Shown: in pieces, positions 1-7,929 of the stretch
How positions within the stretch are numbered: position 1 is the first letter of the stretch
How the letters are laid out: every line of letters starts with the position of its first letter
Assembly: GCA_038227875.1 (NCBI GenBank)
Contig: JBBRPR010000090.1
Span: forward strand, 1 to 26,616
Length of the DNA: 26,616 nucleotides
From: Planctomycetota bacterium
GTDB taxonomy: Bacteria > Planctomycetota > SZUA-567 > H5-PLA8
Direction: 5' to 3'
Notes under the pieces: model-generated
The model's database searches: none
The model's input: the letters and a program-made list of their open reading frames with translations, nothing else
What the model was told of the DNA's origin: nothing
Translations under genes and position numbers: made by a program

Positions 1-39
1 CTCGCGCTGCTTGAATTGTTCACGTTCGCTCATGGCCAT
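1..39 (-). CDS. 5' end of a gene running off the window (MAMSEREQFKQRE...), probably the transposase of the IS whose end is at 122-137
   Basis: ATG at 39 has a GGAG ribosome-binding site about 11 nt upstream. It reads inward from a terminal-repeat-like sequence about 85 nt away. The MAM-charged start resembles, from memory, IS1182-like transposases. Only 13 codons are visible. Confidence 0.45.
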   Translation of the reverse strand, partial: MAMSEREQFKQRE

Positions 40-137
40 GTTATGTGGTTCTCCGGTCACCCAATCTATGACGCAACACCGCTACTCTATTGGGGTGTAA
101 TACCGGAATCGATTTTTGACCCTTTTTCAACGGGCTG
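1..137 (-). mobile_element. Terminal part of an insertion sequence (IS1182/IS5-like); terminal inverted repeat at 122-137 followed by CTAG at 138-141
   Basis: 122-137 CTTTTTCAACGGGCTG is the exact reverse complement of 2201-2216 CAGCCCGTTGAAAAAG. The Kelch reading frame has no proper start and is closed by a TGA at 117-119 just inside this end. Confidence 0.65.
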
Positions 138-1103
138 CTAGGCCCAACTGCCACCGCGCCGTCGGGATACAGCTACTCAGGGATTACGGTGGGTGGGAAT
201 TCGTGGATGGAAAAGAAATCGTCCCCCGCCCCAAAGGGCGCCTCGGCTGGGGCCGCGGCAAATGGGAAAATATACCTCTTTGCCGGAAGCGACGACTCTG
301 GCTCAAGCAGTTCAACATTGGAATTCGATCCGACAACAAATGCGTGGGCGAGCAAAGCTGTCATTCCAACACCCAGAAGATTTCCGGTTGCCGCGACAGC
401 AAACAACAAAATATATGTAATTGGTGGCAATAACGCGTCCCCTGCAGTCGCGACCAATGAGCAATTCGATCCAGTGGGCAATTCATGGGTGTCGAAGGCG
501 CCGTTGCCCTCCGCGAGAACGGGAGCGGCCTGCGCCGAATTTAACAATATTATTTATGTGTTCGGAGGCTTAAATAGTTCGGTACAAAACACAGTTTTTG
601 CATACGATCCCGTCGGTGATTCCTGGTCGACAAAAGCTATTATGCCAACGGCAAGACAAAACGCCATCGCTGTGGTCGCGAATAATAAGATATATGTAAT
701 CGGCGGCGATCTGAACAATGCGACGGCTCTCTCGACTGTTGAAGAATACGATCCCACAGGAAACTCGTGGCAATCACGAACACCGATGCTTACCCCACGA
801 TCCGAAATGTTTGGGGGGATGGTGAATGGAAAAGTTTATGCTATTGGCGGACAAATGTTCAGGAGCGACGGTGCTCAGGCAATAACTGCGGTGGTCGAAG
901 TTTACGATTCAGGCAATAACACCTGGACGTCTGGAACTTCCATGCCGACTGCGCGGTACAACGGCGCATTTGCGACCTTAAATAATACAATCTATGCGTA
1001 CTCAGGATCAACGCTAAGCGGGAGCATCGGTTTTTATTCCGTGGTAAACGAAGCCTTCTCACCAGCGAACGAAGCCTTGTTTTACATTCACACAAAGAAC
1101 TAG
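138..1103 (+). pseudogene. Kelch-repeat beta-propeller protein, 5'-truncated by the IS
   Basis: About six Kelch repeats (KIYVIGG...EEYDPTGNSWQSRTPMLTPR). The frame is open upstream of the GTG at 189 (LGPTATAPSGYSYSGITV) back to the IS end, with no signal peptide or good start. A restart at GTG 189 cannot be excluded. Confidence 0.75.
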
Positions 1104-1134
1104 AAGCATAAAACCTGATCGCGAAAGGACCGGC

Positions 1135-1326
1135 ATGAATCGCATCTGGAAGTACATTCAAATCATTTGCACACTTTTGGTAATTGGCGCATCAATCGTT
1201 ACCATGCTGACGGTTCGCACCACTGATGCCACGCCCGGAATCATTAATTACCAAGGGCGTGTGCAGAGCAATGGCGCGGATTTCACTGGTCCTGGATCGT
1301 TCAAATTCGCGTTAATACGGTTGTGA
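1135..1326 (+). pseudogene. N-terminal fragment of a secreted protein (signal peptide + 'PGIINYQGRV...FTGPGSFKFAL' module), truncated after 63 aa
   Basis: AAGGA RBS and a hydrophobic signal peptide precede the start of a module that, from memory, begins much longer PVC-group exoproteins. The ORF stops abruptly and runs into AT-rich DNA. Confidence 0.6.
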
Positions 1327-1497
1327 GTAATTCAATTTACACATTTGGCGGAGTTGTGCAAAATTCCGTTTCCTACAAGTCAATCGTCACAGAATCATAC
1401 ACATTCGCAAATGAAGCCAAATTCTTTTTACATAGCAAGAATTAAGAGTCTGGCCCGGCACCAATGCAGAAAGAATTACACCAATTTGAGGGAAATC

Positions 1498-2211
1498 ATG
1501 TTCAAAGGAATTCGATCGCCTATCTTTGCAATTGTGTTCATCGCTTCTGCGACTCAGGCCGCCACGCCCGGTGGCGCCAGCGCCAACTACGCCCTCATCA
1601 CCGACACGGCGGATTGCGGTGGCGTACGAACCTCCAGCGCAAATTACACCGCGATTGGCAGCGCCGGTGGCATCGAGGGCGCAGGGACTTCAACGAACTA
1701 TTCGGCGGGTCATGGTTACATTGCTCAATTGTACGGATTTCCCACGATCTCGACGATCAGTCCGCTCACCATTCAAAAGGGTTCGTCCACCAGTGCCCTC
1801 CCGTTTACCGTCGGCGATGACAATTTTGCGGCGGCGGGCCTGACACTAACCTGCACGTTCAGCAACAATCTATTACAGCCGACCAACACAGCCCCCGGAT
1901 TTGTGTTCGGCGGCGCTGGCGCCGCGCGGAACGTGACGCTTACCCCGGCGGCCACCCAATTCGGAAGCATCACTGTGACGGTTACGGTTTTCGATTCCGC
2001 CGGAGGAAATGCCAAGACCACATTCGTATTGACGGTCAATGCTCCACCGGTGCAGACCGGCACGCTGACTCAAACCGCGGCCGCGAGCGGATCCACGTCG
2101 ATTTCGTTTCTCGCGCTGAAAGTCACGGATCCCGATCAGACTCCGGCTAATTTGATTTACACACTGACTGCGGTTCCCGCGCCGGCTCTGGCAGGGCTAT
2201 CAGCCCGTTGA
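1498..2211 (+). pseudogene. Secreted Ig/cadherin-like domain protein, 3'-truncated by the MITE at 2201
   Basis: Likely start is ATG 1498 (GAGGG RBS, signal peptide MFKGIRSPIFAIVFIASATQA). Contains an Ig-like repeat (PTISTI...LPFTVGD...RNVTLTPAATQFGSITVTVTV) and the start of a cadherin-like repeat (LKVTDPDQTPANLIYTLTAVP). The stop codon lies inside the MITE terminal repeat. Confidence 0.7.
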
Positions 2212-2296
2212 AAAAGTCCTGACCTACGACGTAAAGCGCCGTTACTGCCCGGCGTTTTACGGAGAAACGCGGCGGAATTGAGTTTTTCAACGGCTG
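2201..2296. mobile_element. 96-bp MITE-like element
   Basis: Ends CAGCCCGTTGAAAAA (2201-2215) and TTTTTCAACGGCTG (2283-2296) are inverted repeats differing by one base. There is an internal 12-bp stem (2230-2241/2250-2261). Broken genes lie on both sides. Confidence 0.7.
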
Positions 2297-2481
2297 TTAC
2301 GGGCACTGATCCGCAAGGTACTGCCCATGGCGCCGACCGTGTGTTGCGCGGTGGTTCTTTGGCTCGGCGATCCCATGAACTGCCGGTCGGCTTTCCGTTT
2401 CAGGTACGACCCAGACAACCGTGACTTCGGCTTCGGTTCCGCGTAATTCCAAGTACAGCGCCGCAGAAACAAATGACCTGA
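2297..2481 (+). pseudogene. C-terminal remnant of a formylglycine-generating enzyme (FGE-sulfatase/SUMF1-like) domain
   Basis: Manual translation across two single-base frameshifts (about 2359 and 2437) gives TDPQGTAHGADRVLRGGS/WLGDPMNCRSAFRFRYDPDNRDFGFG/FRV, the RVxRGGSW...RSAxR...GFR signature. It is not in the ORF track. Confidence 0.8.
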
Positions 2482-2556
2482 CCGGGCAAAATTGCACGAC
2501 GGCAGGGCAAATGTTTACATGGCACCGGCGTTAGAACCTGCATGAATCGCAGGTCG

Positions 2557-2625
2557 CTACGGCTTCTTGACGTCGGCCAGCAGTTTGACTTCGTCGTCGG
2601 TCAGCGTGCGGCGATAGATGCGGAC
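2557..2625 (-). pseudogene. C-terminal remnant of a LamG/concanavalin-like domain gene
   Basis: Reads VRIYRRTLTDDEVKLLADVKKP*, matching the LamG-like terminal motif (D)VRIYxRALSxxEI. High-GC codon style stops abruptly upstream of 2625. Confidence 0.55.
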
Positions 2626-2969
2626 CCAGATTCGTGGTGCATACATTGGATTGAGGGCGACAGAACCTTGCTATTTCACGACATACCAGACTGTAGCATG
2701 CTCCGTTTTTGCTCCGAAATGATTTCGAATTAAATTGGTAGAGTCGCAAATCATTATTTTCAAATGTGTTATGACAATAAATATTTCATCTCTCTCGAAT
2801 CCCTCCCTCTCCGCCAGTTTTTTCTTACTGCTTACGCACACTACTTCCAAGACATCTCATCGAGCCAACTGAAACGTTGTTATTTTTCTATGACGTTCCG
2901 CTGATACGGCAACCGTGGTACCGACGCGGCGGCGGGTTTCGTGCGGCAGTCGGTATTGCTCGAGCAGGG

Positions 2970-4797
2970 TTATTTGGCTGAACCTGATTTGCCCTCCTTT
3001 GCCGTATAGCTCATGTGCTGCGTTTTCTGGTAAATCACGTTATTGAAGATCAGGGTAAAGGGCACCATCACCGGCGCGGACTTGGCATCGCTGTCGGTCA
3101 GGCCTGACATAGTCAACGCCGATGCAAAAGTTCCATTTTTGAATGAGACCGTGTACTTCGCGGCAGGCGTCGAAAGTACGATGCCTTTTTTCAGCTTAAT
3201 CGCAATTTTCACGGAGTCCTTCCCGCTGATGCCGCTGCCTTTGGCGGTTAGCGATAAGGTCTTATTGATGCCGCCGACGGCGTAATATGTCTTTGCTCCG
3301 TTAGGATTGAAACCCGCAGGCACCGGGATCGTGCCGGAAAACGAGATGGAATCGCTGCCAGCCTTGGAAAAATTCAATTTAATTGAGGCCTTGGCAATCG
3401 TTAGCGATTGAATTCCACCCGCAGACGCTGGCTGACCCGTTGGAGTGCTGGCTCCGCTGCCGGGATCGGTGCCCACTGCGATCTCGAATGAATCCGAGAA
3501 TCCGTCGCCATCGCTGTCGGATCCGGTGCCCACCAGTGATGCGTTCACAGTAACGATGACGTTGGAACTGATTGACGCGTTGGTGGAGTCTGTAACTACT
3601 ACCGAAGCTGGAAAACTTCCGGCATTTAAATAAGCGTGCGTGACGCTGGCTCCAACGAGGGTCGGAGTGCCGTCTCCGAAATTCCAAGTGTATGTCAATG
3701 CTCCTATACCGCCGGTGGCCGAAGCGGAAAATGTCACAGACTGCCCCACGCCGGACGGATTGGGTGTTGCCGTGGCATTGGATGCAAAGGCCAGCGACAC
3801 CACCGACGCATTGACTTGAATGCTGGCGCTAGTACCCGTGATCACCGCGGAGACCGTGTCGGTGACGGACACGGTTTTTGCACCGGTTGTGTTCAGAGTC
3901 ACATTAAACGTATGAACGCCATTGTCGCCGGGGACGAAGGTATAGTCGGCCGGCAGAATCGCACCGGCATCGGTGCTCGTGAAGTGAACCGTGCCGGTGT
4001 AATTCGTGGTTGTGGCATTGCTGACGTCCTGTGCTGTCACTGAAATCTGAATGCTTGAGCCAGATGTTCCGCTGGTGCTGGCAGTCACTTTGAAATGGTC
4101 CGTTAGAACGGGGACGAAGATGGTCACGATATTGCTGGCCGCGCGCCCAACCACGAGTTGATTGTGAACGTAGTCGTAATCAAATCCGGTGACGCCATTA
4201 GTTACTGTGCCAAGAACGCCATTGGTGGAAGCAACCAAACCAACGGTGCTGCCGTTGCCCAAACAGAAGCTTTCTGCACCCGCAGTTGCAACTGCTCCAG
4301 CGGGATTGGACCATTGTGTGCTCTCGACAACGCAGTGGCCATTGGTCAAAGGTGTCAGGGATGATCCAATATGATCATTCGCCGTGCCGCCGATGAGCGA
4401 ATTGCTTGCAGTGACCAGGCCAACTTTGCCTGTTGAACCGTTGGCCCAGGTCACCGCGCCCACAGCGGCGATGGGTCCCACGGGATTGGTCCATTTGGAT
4501 CCCACGACGTAGTTGCCGTTTGCCAAAGCCGCCATCCGTCTTCCAACAGAATCATTGGCGGTCCCGCCAATAAGGGAATTACTGGCCGTCACCATTCCGA
4601 CCGTTCCCGCACTAGCCCTGACCCACGTCACGGCTCCGGCTTGCGTTGGGAAGCACGGTGACTGAAAATCCAAATTGTCCGCTTCCCGACGGACCGGGGA
4701 TATCCGTCTGCGAGGCATAAACCGGGATTTCGCCGCCAGCAATCAGGAACAGAGTTAGACAAAGCGTGGCCCGACGACTCAGTAGAAGCCTTTGCAT
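2970..4797 (-). pseudogene. Secreted DUF5650-like repeat / Ig-like / PKD surface protein with shared C-terminal domain; frameshifted near 4641-4644
   Basis: The signal peptide and N-terminus (MQRLLLSRRATLCLTLFLIAGG...DIPGPSGSGQFGFSVTVLPN, ATG 4797) are in one frame. The body (AGAVTW...SNSLIGGTANDxVG...LANGNYVV repeats, Ig-like YTGTVHFTSTD module, PKD YTWNFGDG, DSDGDGFSD motif, C-terminal domain) is in another. Confidence 0.75.
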
Positions 4798-4974
4798 GGC
4801 AGAGCTGTCCATTCGTGGTAAGAGAAAATGGGTGGTAATGTTTAGATTTAGTAGGGTAAGGCACTGGGCTGTACGTTCAATACCAATCCTTCGAGATTCA
4901 TACGGTCTGTAACACGAATGGCGGTCGCGAGCATCCAAGAGAGCGTCATATTCAGAGACGGAACCCGAGACTTC

Positions 4975-7911
4975 TCACAGACGCGAGCGCACGCGCCCCG
5001 ACTTCCCGGCCGCTGATGTGAGAGTGGCTTTGATTTCGGCGGTGTAGCCCACGCCATTCAGAGTGAGAAGCGCGACCAAGGTTAGCGGCTTGGACTTGAC
5101 TGAAGTACTCGGCGTCACGCCTTCGTCGCTCCACGCGGAAGTGAATGAGCCGGACTTCAACACGGCTTTGAAAGGCGCGTTGCCGCCTTTGAATACGCTC
5201 TTCTTTGAAACAGCATCGCGCGTCGTTTTCAATTTCAATTGGAACGTACCGGCTGCCGATTTCGCGCTGCCTTTTGCATTGAGGGTGAAGCTCGCGGTCA
5301 CGCCGCCAATGTTGAGCAGCACGGTCTGTCCGGCGGGATTGAAGCCGGCGGGCAAGCCCATCAGTGTTCCGGAGAAAGAACACACGTCTTTTCCCGCTGC
5401 GTCGAAATGCAACGAGGCGGCGAACGCTGAGACGGTCATCGGTTTCGTGCTCGTGGTCGTGCCGGGGCCGCCTGCGCCTCCGGAATTTCCGCCACCTCCG
5501 TTTCCGGAACCACCACCGCTGCCGGGGTCGCCGCCGCCGCTCAACTTCGCCAGAACCGTGACGTTAACGCCGCTGCTTGTATTTCCCCCATGGCCATCCT
5601 GAATGGTCACGGTGGCCTGATACGTGCCCGCGACTATATAAGTGTGCGAGGTTTGGGCGCCGGAGTTTGTGCCGGCATCACCGAAGGCCCAGGCATAGCT
5701 CAGCGCATCTGCGTCTGGGTCGTCGGCGGCAACGGTGAACGCGACGGCATCACCGACCGTAGCAGGATTGGGATTAGCGAATGCGCCGGAGCGAATCACG
5801 GGAGCTCGATTGCCGACGCTGAGGTGGATGGGTTGGCTGACGGACGTCGCGCCTTTATTGTCCGTCGCGCGCACCGTCAGCGTGTAGATTCCCTCCGCGA
5901 CGCTCGGCCACGAGAACGCATACGGAGCGACCGTGGATGCGCCGAGCACGGTAGTTCCCGAGAGAAATTCGACCTTGCTCACGGTGCCGTCGTAATCGAT
6001 CGCCTCGGCGCTCAATGCAATTGTCGAACCGGTGGCAAAGGTTGCATTGTCCGCGGGAGCAGTCAGGCGGCAGAATGGCGGGAAATTTCCATTTACCTGT
6101 CCGAATGTACCGAATTGATCGCTGGCGTTGGCGATGCCTGCTCCGATTGCGCCGATGTCCGTTCCCGCACCGTCGGCGGGATCGCCGGCATCGATCAGCG
6201 GGCTGCCGGCCAGCGGCGTGTAGTTGGCGCGGTACGATGCCAGCACTTGGGATAGTCCGGTGACGCGGTTCCACACGTCGCCTTCTTTGGTCGGGTAGGG
6301 GAGGGCGAGTGCCTTGGCAAACTTGACGTTCGCCTGAACATCATGCGCGCCAAATCCGGCCTGCCCGACGGTGTGGCCCGTGACGGTTCCGGAAGAATAT
6401 CGCGTGCCGTTGGCCGTGTTGGGATTCCAGAAGGCATTGTAGTCGACGTAGCCGATGCCTCCGTTGATTGAATCGACAAACGTGATCGCGGTGGTTGGCG
6501 TGTAGGACGGGAATGCATTGGTGAACGCATTGTTGCGCACGCTCGCCATCTGGCTTCCAGCGGAAACCATGACGACGGAGGTGCTCCAGTTCATCAACGT
6601 GCCGCCGCAATCGAACGTGTTGTTGAAGATGCTGACGTTGTGACCGTCCTGGTACATCCAAATACCGGTGTTGATGTTTCCGTCGCCGGTGGTCTGAATA
6701 AAAATGTTGTGATGAAAGAGCGAGTTGTCGCCGATCGATCGCACCCATTCGTGACCGCTGTCAACGACGAGGTTGTATCGAAATTCACCGGACATACTTT
6801 GCACCGGCCAGGAGCCGCCGCGGATGACGTTGTGTTCCACGAGCAGTCCGGTGGACTCCAGGAAGATGAAATTGAATCCCTGGCTCCATTCTCCGCGGTA
6901 GTTGTGCGTGCTGTAGTTGCCGCGCACGGTACAGTTCTGGCAGCGGAACAGGTTAAAGCCGCAGCGGGGTCCGATCAGAATATTGCTTTCTGCGTCGGAG
7001 TTGCCGCCAATGAGCAGGCCGTTCATGTTTTCGAACATCACGAATCCGTAGCCGACGTTGTTGCCTTGGAAGACTTTGGTGCCGGTGGGATTTCCGTTGG
7101 CATGAAAGATCGGCGCGTGGTCGGGAATGTAGACGGGGCGCAGATCGATCTGGCAATTGGCGCGGAACTGATTGCGCTTCACGAGCAGACTTCCGGAACC
7201 CGACATCGCGACGTTGACGGCGCCGGTCCATTCGAAAATTGAGTCGTTGATCGTGACCGACCCATTCTGCGTCGCCACATCGATGCCGTTGGCGACCAGG
7301 CCTCCCAGTCCCGTAACCAGACAATTCTGGATGGTCACTGAACCGGTCCATCCGGCTGCGCTTTTCACCACGTGGCCGTTGCCGGTGATGGTGGCGTCCG
7401 ACCAATTCAGATTTTGAGATCCCGATAGCACCAGGTCCTGCGTCAGCACAATCGCGTTCGCGTGTGGCGGCGGTGCGTCCACGATGATTTGAATGATCGG
7501 ACCATGGTTGGTATTTCCGGCTTTATAATGCCCCACCAGATCGAGCGTGTGGGTGCCGGGCGTCAATGAGGTGAGCACGAATTCATTCCAGTCGCGCAAA
7601 TCGGGAGAGACTTCCGACGTCGAGCCCTGGCTGACGCCGTCGACGAACAATTCGACCACGGGCGTGCCCGTGTTGTCGACAGTCCACGCATCGGGGTCAA
7701 GACCATCGGCCAGTACGCGCACCGGCTGCCCCGCGGTGAAATGCATGTCGGGATTGGGGCTTTTGAAATGTACATACGGCGCTACGGCGTTGGGAATGTT
7801 CTCGGGATTCGCGTACGGATTTCCTCCGTATACGGGCGGCACCGTGGTCTCCGCGTGCACGCGGACGATGGTCAGAAATAGGAGGGCAACAAGCCCACTG
7901 CGTTGTGCCAT
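4975..7911 (-). CDS. Secreted right-handed beta-helix protein with Ig-like, PKD and shared C-terminal domain (978 aa); possible polysaccharide-active enzyme
   Basis: GGGGAG RBS and signal peptide ending VHA. Asn-rich parallel beta-helix repeats (TVRGNY, LVEHNVI, FRYNLV, FHHNIF, IFNNTF), SPLIDAGDP motif, Ig-like domain (DYDGTVSKVEF), PKD (YAWAFGD), Gly-rich linker. Confidence 0.85.
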   Translation of the reverse strand: MAQRSGLVALLFLTIVRVHAETTVPPVYGGNPYANPENIPNAVAPYVHFKSPNPDMHFTAGQPVRVLADGLDPDAWTVDNTGTPVVELFVDGVSQGSTSEVSPDLRDWNEFVLTSLTPGTHTLDLVGHYKAGNTNHGPIIQIIVDAPPPHANAIVLTQDLVLSGSQNLNWSDATITGNGHVVKSAAGWTGSVTIQNCLVTGLGGLVANGIDVATQNGSVTINDSIFEWTGAVNVAMSGSGSLLVKRNQFRANCQIDLRPVYIPDHAPIFHANGNPTGTKVFQGNNVGYGFVMFENMNGLLIGGNSDAESNILIGPRCGFNLFRCQNCTVRGNYSTHNYRGEWSQGFNFIFLESTGLLVEHNVIRGGSWPVQSMSGEFRYNLVVDSGHEWVRSIGDNSLFHHNIFIQTTGDGNINTGIWMYQDGHNVSIFNNTFDCGGTLMNWSTSVVMVSAGSQMASVRNNAFTNAFPSYTPTTAITFVDSINGGIGYVDYNAFWNPNTANGTRYSSGTVTGHTVGQAGFGAHDVQANVKFAKALALPYPTKEGDVWNRVTGLSQVLASYRANYTPLAGSPLIDAGDPADGAGTDIGAIGAGIANASDQFGTFGQVNGNFPPFCRLTAPADNATFATGSTIALSAEAIDYDGTVSKVEFLSGTTVLGASTVAPYAFSWPSVAEGIYTLTVRATDNKGATSVSQPIHLSVGNRAPVIRSGAFANPNPATVGDAVAFTVAADDPDADALSYAWAFGDAGTNSGAQTSHTYIVAGTYQATVTIQDGHGGNTSSGVNVTVLAKLSGGGDPGSGGGSGNGGGGNSGGAGGPGTTTSTKPMTVSAFAASLHFDAAGKDVCSFSGTLMGLPAGFNPAGQTVLLNIGGVTASFTLNAKGSAKSAAGTFQLKLKTTRDAVSKKSVFKGGNAPFKAVLKSGSFTSAWSDEGVTPSTSVKSKPLTLVALLTLNGVGYTAEIKATLTSAAGKSGRVRSRL

Positions 7912-7929
7912 GGTCAGATTTCTCCCCAG

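Noticed and set aside
1316..1460. AT-rich segment starting where the 63-aa gene breaks, possibly another IS remnant
   Set aside because: No matching inverted repeat or transposase fragment could be found.
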